64,000 nt of DNA from Squalus acanthias (Eukaryota): the NCBI GenBank assembly GCA_030390025.1, contig CM059443.1, positions 50,468,001 through 50,532,000 on the forward strand, in the 5' to 3' direction. This document shows, piece by piece, positions 1 to 11,366 of this stretch (within the stretch, counting starts at the first letter, position 1; the number at the start of each line of letters is the position of its first letter). The notes below the pieces were generated by a model. That model had not been told where the DNA came from, did not search any database, and worked only from the letters and a program-made list of their open reading frames with translations. Position numbers and translations under genes: made by a program.

Positions 1-1541
1 ATGCTTAGAGTGGACAAGTCGCCTGGTCCAGATGGCTTGCATCCCAGGTTGCTAAGGAAATTGGGGGAGGAGATAGCAGAAGGGCTTGCCATAATTTTCC
101 AATCTTCCCTAGATGCGGGGGAGGTGCCTGAGGATTGGAAAGTGGCAAATGTGACACCATTGTTCAAGAATGTGTGTAACGACAATTCTAGTAACTACAG
201 GCCGGTTTAACATCAGTGGTGGATAAAGTTTTAGAAATAATAATCAAGGAATTAATTAACAGGCATTTGGAGAGGTTTAAGCTAATTAAGGAGAGCCAAC
301 ACGGATTTGTAAAAGGCAGATCGTGTTTGACTAATCTAATTGAATTTTTTGATGAAGTAAGAGAGGATCGATGAAGGGAATGCAGTGGATGTTTTCTACA
401 TGGATTTTCAGATGGCGTTTGACAAAGTACCACATAGAAGGCTGGTTAACAAAATTGAGGCTCATGGAATAGGTGGGTCAGTGGCAGCTTGGATAAGGAA
501 TTGGCTTAAGGACAGAAAACAGCAAGTTGTGGTAAATGGCTGTTTTTCAGACTGGAGGATGGTAGACAGTGGTGTTCCCCTAGGGTCAGTGCTGGGGCCA
601 CTGCTTTTTTTGATATATATAAATGACCTGGATATTGGAATACAGAGTAGAATTTCTAAATTGCAGATGACACCAAACTTGGGGGTGTGGCAAACAGTGA
701 TGATGATATCAATCGACTGCAACAGGACATAGAAAGGCTAGCAGAATGGGCAGACAATTGGCAGATGGAATTTAATACAGAGAAATGTGAGGTGATGCAT
801 TTTAGCAGAAGGAACAGGGAGAGGCAATATACACTTAATGGCACAGTTTTAAAGAGTGTGCAGGGACAGAGGAACCTGGGAGTTAATGTGCATAGGTCCC
901 TGAAGGTGGCAGGACATATTGAGAGAGTGGTTAACAAAGCATATGGGATCTTGGGCTTCATAAATAGAGGTAGAGTACAAAATTAGAGAAGTTATGCTGA
1001 ATCTTTATAAAGCGCTGGTTAGGCCACAACTGGAGTATTGCGTCAGGATGTGAAGGCCCTTGAGAGGGTACAGAGGAGATTTACCAAAATGATTCCGGGG
1101 ATGGGGGATCTTAGTTACAAGGACAGGTTGGAGAAGCTGGATTTGTTTTCATTACAGCAAAGGAGGTTGAGGGGTGATTTGATAGAGGCGTACAAGATTA
1201 TGACGGGTTTGGATAGGCTCGACGGGGAAAGGCTGTTCCCACTTGTTGATGGTACAAGGACTAGGGGACACAGATTTAAGGTTTTGGGCAAGAGATACAG
1301 GGGGGACGTGAGGAAAAACTTTTTTACGCAGCGAGTGGTGATGACCTGGAATTTGCTGCCGATGGAAGTGGTGGAAGCGGAGACACTCGATGTTTTCAAG
1401 GGGAGACTGGATAGGTACTTGGGAGAAATAAACTTGCAGGGCTACGGGGATAGAGCGGGGGGAATGGGACTGACTGGATTGCTCTACAGAGGGCCGGCAC
1501 GGACTCGATGGGCTGAATGGCCTCCTTCTGTGGCTCTATGA
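1..1541 (+). mobile_element. CR1 LINE, 3' part of ORF2 (RT), frameshifted
   Basis: [30 protein letters not shown] motifs across frames, followed by a CR1 3' UTR. Confidence 0.9.
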
Positions 1542-2200
1542 CAAGCAGTGTGGGACTGGTGAATCGTGAAAGTCCTTTTATCTTACTGAGCCATTGTTTA
1601 ATATTTCCAACATTAAAATATAAACTTCTAATTTCAATGTAGTTACACTGTTTTATGCTTTTCAAAATACTGTTCAGAGATCGGCTGGGGGCAGACAATT
1701 TGTACCAAACTTTCCCTTACACAATCGTGAATTTCAGCGTCCTCACCCCTCCCCCACAATCCCCACTCCCCCCCCTCTCTCCTCCCACTTTGCCCTCTAC
1801 CCCTGCGCCCTCCCCCCACCACAGTATCTAAACAGAGGAAATGCATGATGCCCCATCAGGGAAAGCTCCGTACCAAATGACCACATTTAACCAGCAGCTC
1901 ACCACAGCAACAGGAAGCACTCGGACCGTGAGGGTTTATGGGAGAATCAGTGCAATTCACTTCCCCTTTTGAAAGCATCTGTATTTGGTTTGATTTCATT
2001 TGGTTTTTCTTCAGTTATCGCCTCTCTCTCTCTCTCTTATCTTGAAGGCTCTAACTCTCACTGGGGATCAAGCACTGGGAACTCCAGCCAAATGACAACT
2101 CTTCATGTGCGAGTGTAGGCTGCGACTGTTTGCCTGCTGTCTGATCTTGAGACCATCACAAGTAGAGGTCCTGATCCTGTTCTCCCATAGCCACACATGT

Positions 2201-2582
2201 GGAACAAGAGCCCTAGGAACAGGAGGAGGCCATTCAGCCCTTCGAGCCTGCTCCATCATTCAATGAGATCATGGCTGATTTGTACCTCAACTCCATCTAC
2301 CTGCCTTTGCACCATATCCCTTGATACACTCACCTAACAAAATCTATCGATCTCAGTCTTGAAAGCTCCAATTGTCCCCCAGCATCTACAAGCTTTTGGG
2401 AGAGAGAGTTCCAGATTTCTACTACCCTTTGTATGAAAAAGTAGCTCCGATTTCACTCCTAAATGGCCGAATCTAAGCTTTCAAGATTATGTCCCCTTGT
2501 TCTTCATAGTTTCTCTGTATCTACCCTTTGAATCATTTTAACATTATAATCTTCTACACTCAAGGGAATACAAGACAAGTCC
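2201..2582 (-). mobile_element. Degenerate CR1 3' fragment
   Basis: aggccattcagcccttcgagcctg 3' UTR motif shared with the other CR1 ends. Confidence 0.7.
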
Positions 2583-2753
2583 TTGGGCACCAATCAGTGT
2601 TGGGAGCCCTGCTGATCTTTCTCCTCTCTAACCCAGGGGCACTGAGTCTGATTGTAGTGTCCTCACTGAGATCAGTTCATTCATTCAATTAATTTTGCAG
2701 AAAAAAATCCTGCTGGACAAATAACACAGTTTAGTTATAGTTTTTAAACAGTG

Positions 2754-2759
2754 TTTATT
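2754..2759 (-). terminator. Putative polyadenylation signal AATAAA, gene A
   Basis: Lies in a 3' block conserved in all three copies (also 20576-20581 and 45586-45591). Confidence 0.5.
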
Positions 2760-3108
2760 GAATGACTTTCAATCACACAAGTTCCATTTTGTGTCTCACA
2801 CAGCAGCGATGCGTTGTTCTATCTAAACAGAGTCCAAGGGGGTGAAATTCATTTCCATCAAAGTCGAAACTGGCGAGGACCAATTTCGGCCCCGAGCATG
2901 TAGCCGTTACATTCTTCAACTGTGGGTTCCCATCGCCCACATCCCGTGTCGGTGAGAGTGGAAATCTCACGTTGAATCTGTCTCCGTGTTTTGTGTCGGT
3001 CGTCACAAAACTTCAGAACAGTCTGTGAAAGCCAAGGAGCTGACGCCAGCGGTTTAATATCATTAGCGGAACATTGGGAGAAGATTTCTCCGCACACAAT
3101 CCTGCGCT

Positions 3109-3203
3109 TCAAGCAGCCTCAGTGTTACAATCTGTGAAAACACACTTGCATTCGAGGGGGGGCCGGTTGCGCACCTGCCGTCCATGGTCCGTGCGGTCTC
3201 TGC
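3109..3203 (-). CDS. Gene A terminal coding exon (CRDRTDHGRQVRNRPPLECKCVFTDCNTEAA*), no tyrosine
   Basis: Acceptor ctcctctcttgatatctAG is shared with the B/C terminal exons; the first ~30 nt are homologous, then the sequence diverges. Confidence 0.6.
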
Positions 3204-6200
3204 CTAGATATCAAGAGAGGAGATCACGTTTGATGGGTTCACTTCCAGTGGGGGACAGATAATGAAAGCGGACTGTCTCGTTACATCAGATAAAGCTCCA
3301 GGAGCTTTAGAACAGACACAGTGTTGGCTGAGAGGATTATACTGAAAGATTGCAATTACTTACATTTTACTCACTGAATTTCACTTTTGCCTCCATCACT
3401 AAGAATACAGAAAATTAAACATGTGAAGCATCAGTAACATAAGATTCAAACAATAATAAACATCTGTAAATGGATTTGCTATTTTTAACCCCTGGATTTG
3501 AATCCGTCTCTCTACTCTTCAATTTTCGCTCTCACCATCTCCCATCACTCTCCCTTTCCCTCACTCGCCCTCTATCTTTCCCTCCCTCCTTTCTCTCTCT
3601 CTCTATGTCTGTCTCTCTCACTCTACCCCTCTCTCCATCCCTCCTCCTCTCTCTGGACTGTAAGGGTCATTTAGGAAATGATTTACATTCAGCTTCCTGT
3701 GTCAGCCACACATTAGCCTCCTACAGTTATTAAAGAAATGCAACTGGTAAATGTTTCATTGAATGAGAAAAACTAAACAGAAAGTCTGAATGAAAACTGA
3801 GTGAATCACATCCCTGCCACTACCGATGCTGAGGATCCTTCATAAAAATAAATAACGGGGGGAACTTACTAGATTTAATATAAGTTTTTAAAACGGTAAT
3901 GGAGAAAATAATGGGACTTAAGTTTGACAAATCTCCAGGATCTGATGGCTTCCACCCCAGGGAATTAAAAGAAGCAGGTGAGGAAATTGCAGATACTCTA
4001 GTCATGATCTTCCAAAACTCTCTTGATTCACGAATTGTCCCCTTGGATTGGAATACTGCCAAATGTTACTCCATTATTTCAGCAGGGTGGGAGAGAGAAA
4101 CCAGGAAATTATAGACCTATTCGTCCAACGTCTGTTGTGGGGAAGTTACTAGAATCTGTTACTGGGGACAGAGCAACTGAGCACTTGGACAAATATGAGT
4201 TGACCAGAGAGAGCCAGCATGGATTGGTAAAGGGTATGTCAGGTCTAACTAACCTTGTTGAATTTTATGAGGAGATCACTAACGTGGTAGATAAGGGAGT
4301 GTACATGAATTTTAGATGGACTTCCAGAAGGCATTCAATAATGTTCCACACAAGACACTCTTAGCAAAAATGAAAGCACATGGCTATTGACAAGGCTAGG
4401 GAATTGGTTAGGTGGTTGGAAGCTGAGAGTAGGGATAATGGGTAATATACTCCAATTGGCAGGATGTGACTACTAGTGTCTCCCAGAGATCTGAACTGGG
4501 GCCTCAGATTTTCACTATATTTATAAAAAAAAGACTTAGATAAAGGAATAGAGCGCCAAATATCCAAGGTTGCTGACAACACGGAGTTAGGTGCCACAGT
4601 AAGTAGTGTTGTCAAGGGACGTTGACAGATTAAGTGAGTTGGCAAAACTGGCAGATGGGGTTCAGTGTAGGGAAGTGTGAGGGGATCCACTTTGGACCGA
4701 AGAAAGATAGGTCAGAATATTTTCTAAATGGTGACAAGATAGGAACTGTGGAGGAGCCGAGAGATTTCGGGGTCCAAGTACAGAAATCACTAAAAAGCTA
4801 AAAACAGGGACAAAAAATAATTAAAAAGGCGAATAGAAAGTTAGCTTTATCTCAAGTTAGCTGGAATACAAAAGAGTAGATGTTATGCGACAGTTGTATA
4901 AAGCTTAGGTGAGACCACATCTGGAGTGCTGTATTGAGTTCTGGGCACTGCACCTCAGGAAGGACATACTGGCCTTAGAAGGGGTGATACTGGGGCTAAA
5001 AGGGTTAAATTACGAGGACAGGTTGCAGAGACTAGGCTTGTATTCCCTCGAGTATAGAAGATTAAGGGGTGATCTAATTGAGGTGTTTAAGATGATATAA
5101 GGATTTGATAGGGTGGATAGAGAGAAACTATTTCCTCTGGTGGAGGAGTCTAAAACAAGGCGGCATAACCTTAAAATTAGAGCCAGGCACTTTAGGGGTG
5201 ATGTCAGGAAGCACTTCTTCACACAAAGGGTGGTGGAAATCTGGAACTTGCTCCCCCCAAAAAGCTGTTGAGGCTGAGGGTCAATTGAAAATTTCAGAAC
5301 TGAGATTGGTAGATGTTTATCAGTTAAGGGTATGAAGGCATATGCAACCAAGGCGGGTAAATGGAGTTAGGTCACAGATCAGCAATGATCAAATTGAATG
5401 GCGGAACAGGCTCGAGGGGCTGAATGGCCTCCTCCTGTTCCTATGTCGCTATGGTCACAGTAAATGTGATAAGATCAGAACAATGAATTTAAAAATCATT
5501 GTAATAAGTCTGTACTTAAATATAATTTTCCGGATTTAGATCAAACATTTTAAAGCTCTTGCTTACCCTTGGCAGCTTGCCGTTTCCTTCGGATTATGCA
5601 AAGTGCCCCATCAATGCAAACTAGCACAACCAAGTACAGAACCAAAACACACATACGTATGTCACTGCAGCTGGTGTAAGGACCTGCAGAGGAGAAGCAA
5701 CATTAAGTTCAGCCTGTGCAATCCCGTGTTATATGTACAGCTGATCACACTGGTTACCTGGGCTGAGGAACAGACATTTCTGGTTAGAATCTGGAATAGT
5801 GCAATGGCGAAGGAAGTAAATCAAAGCAACTTCTAACGGCTACAAACTGTACAACTGATCTGGAATCTCTCAGTTTGAATTATTGATATTAAAAGATTCA
5901 CATCATATTCTAGATTGTATCACTTACTTTGAGTATTTGTACGAGTTAAGCTGCTGGTCACTGAGGAGATTCCCGATGTTGAGGTGGGGGTGTCTGAAGT
6001 CTCTGCACTCGCCTCTGTCACAGTAAGGGAGATGTTTGCTGCAATCTTCCAGACAGGTTTCCCTGAATCCTGACCGTGGACAGCACAGAGATACCTCCCA
6101 GTGTCCACCACATCTGCTGAGTGAATAGTAAGGTTGTGAGACTGGCGTCTAGCAGCAAGATTGTCTGAGCTTTGGGCAGAGATTCTTTGTGACGACTTTC

Positions 6201-9200
6201 TGTCCACACAGCAGCGTGTGTTAGAATGTGCCTCATAACCCTCAGTGTGAACAGAGTGCAGACACTTGTTGACGTTTCCAGATCTGATCCAAAACAGAGT
6301 GAAGGCGAGGTTTTTTGTATTCTCAAACTGGCAGGGTAAAGCCACATTTTCTCCCTTTGACACTGTCAGCGACCAGGAGTTTTCTTCAGTAGAAAATATT
6401 TCATCCGAATCTATAAACAACATTGAAAAGAACCTTTGTTACTAATTATTTAGAAGTGCTGTTCCCACATGTTATCCAGCTGTTTGATGTAAGTGTGAGT
6501 CTGTCTGTAACTAGCTGTATTATCAGCAGTGGAGACAGCAGGCGTGGGCCAGGGCCAAATCCTTGTTTGGAATATTTGTCTGATTTTCCCACCGTTAGAT
6601 TAAACATTCCCCAGCTAGAGGCAGATTGTGTAAGATCAGGAAACACTCGGGGACTGAGAGCAAGGAGCGAGAAGACAGGACAAATAATGAAAGATCGAAC
6701 ACACAAAGGCAAAAGACAGGGGCAGACATTAAAGGACAGAGACAAGGGGGGGAGACTTCAAACTCGCTTCTCTGTATCTCGATACCTGGGAATTTTATCC
6801 CCCCCCCCCGCCCCGCCAGATATTTCCCCAATACCTCCCCTGATATCTCCTCCGATACTTCCCCGATCCCTCCCCCGATATTGCCCCAGTACACGTACCA
6901 CTCTGGATTATCACAAAGAACAAGTCGTGGTTTTCACATCCCTCTCCTGACAGTGTGAGCCAGGACGGACACTTCGATGATCCTCTTTCTGTGGAATCCT
7001 GAGCCGAGCAGGTAAATACCGTCGAGTTAACCGTCTTCACATCGAATGTCAGAGACTGAGACTCGTTTGTTCTTCATTTAATTTGCATTTTCTACACTCT
7101 GGCTTACTCTGTTTGTCCAATTAAGACTGATGTTTTCACAAAATTGCATTTTTTTCTGTTTATTCTCACATTTTATTTTGCCCATTTCTGCTCCGAGATC
7201 AGTGAAGCTGCACAAGGTTACTTTATTCCCAGCACCAGTGGGCACGTTGCACTGCAGAGTGGTGACATCTCCTGGTCCTCGGGAGAAGAGATAAGTGGAT
7301 CCTGCAGGGAAAGGGCAGAATCGGATAGAGATAAATAACATTCCACACAGGAAAGATCATTAAACACTCAATGTGAAACAAGCCTCTCCCAGTAAATGAG
7401 CCTAGTGAGACCCCCACCACCCCCTTTACACATTGTGATAGACTGCCCTCCCATTACACAGTCTGAATCCAGTCCACACCACCCCCTCTCCCTGCCTCCA
7501 TCACACAGGCCTGGACAGAGATCCCACCCCCACCATAACACATTCTGATCGAGACCTCACCCCCATCCCCATCATAGCCTGAATAGAGACCCCCCACCCT
7601 TTCACTGAGCCTGACTACAGTCATACATAGTACATAGGTTGAGGTTATTGGAAGTCAATCATCTCAGCTCCAGGACATCGCTGCAGGAGTTCCTCAGGGC
7701 AGTGTCCAAGGCCTAACCATCTTCAGCTGCTTCATCAATGACCTTCCCTCCATCATGAGGTGACACGTGGGACTGTTCACTGATGATTGCACAGTGTTCA
7801 GCTCCATTTCCAATTCCTCAGATAATGAAGCAGTCCGTGCCTGCATGCAGCAAGACCTGGACAACATCCAGGCTTGGGCTGATAAGTGATAAGTAACAGT
7901 CACACCACATAATGACCATCTCCAACAAGAGAGAGCCTAACCACCTGCCCTTGACATTTGATGGCATTACCATCATCGACTCTCCCACCATTAACATCCC
8001 GGGGTCACCATTGACCAGAGACTTAGCTGCAGCAACCACATAAATACTGTGGATACTAGGGCAGGTCAGAGGCTGAGTACTCTGCGGCAAGTGGCTCACC
8101 TGACTCCCCAAAGCCTTTCCACCACCTATAAGGCACAAGTCAGGAGAGTGATGAAATACTCTCCACTTACGTGGATGAGTGCAGCTCCAAAAACACTCAG
8201 GAAACTCAACACCATCCAGGACAAAGCAGTCCACTTGATCGGCTCCCGATCCGTCCCCTTAAACATTCACTCCCTCCACCACTGGCGCACCATGGCTGCA
8301 GTGTGTACCATCTACATGATGTAGGGTTCTCAAAATTCCCACATTCCCCAGAGTTATTAATAAGGGGTACCCTTGACAAAGTGGCTTCTGGACCTCGTGA
8401 CAGAAGCCTGCGACATTGAACAGACAGGCTGCCAAAGGAGGCGGGGCTGGCCTCTACAGACAATGTTGTATATTCGACCTATCTCCAGCCCCATCAAACT
8501 GTTTAGCATTTATACAAAGAATTAAAGGCAACACAAATGAACAACCATCAGACCAGCAATCATCCTCCACTTAACAAATATTTAATATCGTTAAAGGCCA
8601 TCTCCTGCCATTAAATTTAACTACCTTAACAAGCCCACCAGAATTAAACAAAGAAGATTTGGCTGGCAAATAAGGAACAATCGAACAGTATAACTTTAGA
8701 CTGGAACAAGCCGGAGGCTGGAGAGACGAGTTCTACAAGCCGGGGGCTACAGAGACCTATGCTGGACCAAGCAGGAGTTCTAGACAGACAGGCTACAAGC
8801 AGGACAGCTGAAGCACAGGAGTTCTCCAGTACACAGTTCAAGAGAAACAAGACCGTTCAACAAAGAAGGCCAGCGGCTCCAGAAACAGACCGACACGCAA
8901 GAAACCAGAGCAACGGTTCCAGTGACCATCAAACACCTCGAGGCACAAGGGCCTTATGAAACTTTTTACTTCAAAGGACTTTAAACCATATCTCAACTGT
9001 CAAAGGATTCGTTTGGTGAGCATTATCCCTGGTCCTCAAGAGTCTAACTTAGCTAGTAAAGTGGGGTTGGGAGGGGTGAGGTATTGTTCTACTGTCATTT
9101 CCCTCGTTTGTACCGAAGTTAAGATGTTATGTTTCATCTCTGTTCAATAAACACTGGTTTTCCTCGCACCAATCCACGGGTCTGTTTGTTTGTCCTTATC

Positions 9201-11246
9201 GCCGCTCGATAAGTCCTGGGCTCAGAACTAATAAGGGGATAGCGATTCGCAACCGCACAACGGGCAAGGACAGTCCAGGAAAACATAACTGGCTGACCTA
9301 CAAATAAGCCCGAGACAAAAAACCCTTACAATGATAGTACCTCACCAAGGCTTTTACGGCAGTATCTCCCAAACCCCCGACCTTCACCACCTATAAGAAC
9401 AAGGGCAGCAGGTGCTTGGGAACACCATCACCTCCAAGTTTCCTTAAAAGTCGCACAACATTCTGACTTGGAAATATATTGCTGTTCCTTCATTGTCGCT
9501 GGGTCAAAATCCTAGAATTGCCTCCCTAACAGCATTGTGGAGAACCTTCACCATTTGGAGTGCAGAAGAAAGGTCAAACCCAACTGACCTTCTCAATGGC
9601 AACTAGGGATTGGGCAATAAATGCCGAATTGCCAGTGACACCCACATCCCGAAGAAAGATAAAATAAATATGAAGTAATCATCCACTTAATGAGGGAACT
9701 TAATTTAAGACGTGGCATTGAATACTGGTTCCTAACTTTCAGGGAGATTATAATAACTGATAATTGGTGTGAGGACATTAGTTAGTCCTGTAAAAGGAAA
9801 ACATCTGGGTAAATATTATCTTTTTAGTTGGGGTTTCTGTAGAAGGAGGGAATTAGCTGAAGTTGAATGGTGCAGACCAGAGAGATATTTATAATTAAAA
9901 GTATCACTTGATGGAGAGCAATTATATGTAACAAGAGCCGAATTATTTATAAGGTAATGAAGTAGAGTTATACCAATCTCGTTAGCCGAATGGAAAAAGA
10001 GCTCGTTAGTTAGGAAACCAGCTGTTAGCTAAAGTTATCGATAAGGACTCAGTTCAATTAGACTCTCCTTATATGGAGTGGTTTTTCAATGCAGAAATGT
10101 GCAAATTGTCACATAGTCGGAGTGAGGGGTAAGTACAAAAAGTGGCAGAGTGTAATCAGTATTTGGATTCGAAGGGGTTTGATTGGCCTAAAACACTGAA
10201 CATTAACGCGTTTGAGTCGCCAGCCATCAGCTCTTGTAAGTTCTTGTGGCTCTTTGCCAGAATCAACTCACGGCCTCGCTCTCCCCACAGTCCTCCTGTA
10301 TCTTTCACAGCTTCAAATGTTTATCCAATTCTCACTTAAAGATAGAATCATAGAATCATAGAAAGTTACAGCACGGAAGGAGGCCATTTCGGCCCATCAT
10401 GTCTGCACCGGCCAACAAAGAGCTATCCAGTCTAATCCCACTTCCCAGCTCTTGGTCCGTAGCCCTGCAGGTTACAGCATCCCAAGTGCACATCCAAGTA
10501 CTTTTTAAATGTGGTTAGGGTTTCTGCCTCTACCACCCTTTCAGGCAGTGAGTTCCAGACCCCCACAACCGTCTGGGTGAAGAAATTTCCCCTCAAATCC
10601 CCTCTAAACCTTCCACCAATTACTTTAAATCTGTGCCCCCTGGTTTTTGACCCCTCTGCTAAGGGAAATAGGTCCTTTTTGTCCACTTTATCTCGGCCCC
10701 TCATAATTTTATACACCTCAATAAGGTCTCCCCTCAGCCTCCTCTGTTCCAAGGAAAACAAACCCAGCCGATCCAGTCTTTCCTCATAGCTAAGATTCTC
10801 TACTCCCGGCAACATCCTTGCAAATCTCCTCTGTACCCTTTCTAGTGCAATTACATCTTTCCTGTAATGTGGTGACCAGAACTGCACCGCAGTACTCTAG
10901 CTGAGGCCTAACTAGTGTTTTATACAGTTGATAAGATCCAAAGCTCTCTACCTCAACCATTCGCTGTGGTAAAGCATTCCCTGCTCCAACAACCCTCTGT
11001 GTAAAGACATTTCTCCTAACCTCTCTCCTCACTGTCTTAGTGCCATTTTTAAACTGATGACCCATGATTAAACCGTGTTAAAATGCCACAGCAAGGACTG
11101 TGATGCGAGCACATTAAACATATTCACAAGAACACCACTGTTTTATATCCTTATCCTATGCTGAAGATTAACTGAAAGTATTAATCCTTACCTGTAACAT
11201 GTTGGAACAGAAGGAAAAGACCCACAAACACAGCACCGAGCGCCAT
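3109..11246 (-). CDS. Receptor gene A: Ig-superfamily type I membrane receptor, activating-type (265 aa if the frameshifted D1 exon is skipped; possibly a pseudogene)
   Basis: Exons 11246-11192, [7301-6899 frameshifted], 6410-5928, 5683-5567, 3837-3824, 3720-3687, 3203-3109 have canonical GT-AG junctions. Without D1 they total 798 nt in one open frame: signal, V-type Ig, S/T stalk, TM, Tyr-free tail. Confidence 0.75.
3687..3720 (-). CDS. Gene A exon 6: 34-nt micro-exon (EANVWLTQEAE)
   Basis: Acceptor ttctttaataactgtAG, donor T|GTAAAT; homologous to gene B AGDVQLTQVAE. Confidence 0.6.
3824..3837 (-). CDS. Gene A exon 5: 14-nt micro-exon (GSSAS)
   Basis: Homologous to the 22-nt gene B exon; acceptor tttttatgaAG, donor G|GTAGTG. 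Read-through would instead end GSSASVVAGM* at 3806. Confidence 0.55.
3853..5453 (+). mobile_element. Degenerate CR1 LINE in gene A intron 4
   Basis: Fragmented RT ORFs (KSPGSDG, NYRPI, LRGDLIEV) and a 3' UTR; absent from the short equivalent intron of gene B. Confidence 0.85.
5567..5683 (-). CDS. Gene A exon 4: transmembrane exon SPYTSCSDIRMCVLVLYLVVLVCIDGALCIIRRKRQAAK
   Basis: Acceptor tctcctctgcAG, donor G|GTAAGC; 117 nt, phase 1-1; hydrophobic stretch followed by RRKR stop-transfer. Confidence 0.85.
5928..6410 (-). CDS. Gene A exon 3: V-type Ig domain (D2) plus Ser/Thr-rich stalk
   Basis: GENVALPC...LFW...HNLTIHSADVVDTGRYLC V-set motifs; acceptor tttatAG, donor A|GTAAGT; 483 nt, phase 1-1. 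Confidence 0.9.
6899..7301 (-). pseudogene. Gene A exon 2: frameshifted Cys-rich Ig-like D1 exon
   Basis: Acceptor ccctttccctgcAG and donor G|GTACGT intact. It is 403 nt versus 405 nt in gene B (+3, -4, -1 indels), with a premature TAA at 7080-7078. Confidence 0.8.
7640..9660 (+). mobile_element. Old CR1/L2-group LINE RT remnant split by a solo LTR (uninterrupted copy ~33700-34700)
   Basis: GVPQGSV, QQDLDNIQAWADK, IQDKAVHLIG remnants. Confidence 0.75.
8320..9330 (+). mobile_element. Solo LTR, 1011 bp
   Basis: TG...CA ends with a short imperfect inverted repeat (TGTAGGG / CCCTTACA), 4-bp TSD ATGA (8316-8319, 9331-9334), internal AATAAA near 9146; empty site at ~34378 in the duplicate. Confidence 0.85.
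10342..10930 (-). mobile_element. 5'-truncated CR1 (duplicate ~35390-35970)
   Basis: ORF2 C-terminus (QFWSPHYRKD...TRGH) and a (CATAGAAT)n tail. Confidence 0.9.
11192..11246 (-). CDS. Gene A exon 1: signal peptide MALGAVFVGLFLLFQHVT
   Basis: gaaATGG start, hydrophobic 18-aa leader, phase-1 donor CAG|GTAAGG; conserved in gene B. Confidence 0.85.
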
Positions 11247-11366
11247 TTCACATTCCTAGCTCGTTCTTTGCTCTTCAGAAGCTGGGTGGCTGTTTCACCA
11301 TCACATTCTGATCTGTGAGAGAAAAAGAGAAGTATAACTTTTGATGATGGTGGAAGAGAAAAGCAG

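Noticed and set aside
2858-3112. Alternative longer tail for gene A via a donor at ~3174 and acceptor at ~3023
   Set aside because: Weak donor (GTGCGC), no homology to B/C and no signalling motif; not excluded without cDNA.
5928-6410. V exon as a rearranging Ig/TCR/NAR segment
   Set aside because: G strand and stalk are encoded in the same exon, and there is no flanking RSS and no J or C segments.
6423-6958. 175-aa and 110-aa plus-strand ORFs (and 32522-33064)
   Set aside because: Non-ATG starts, antisense to receptor intron 2 and D1, include a low-complexity tract that differs in length between copies.
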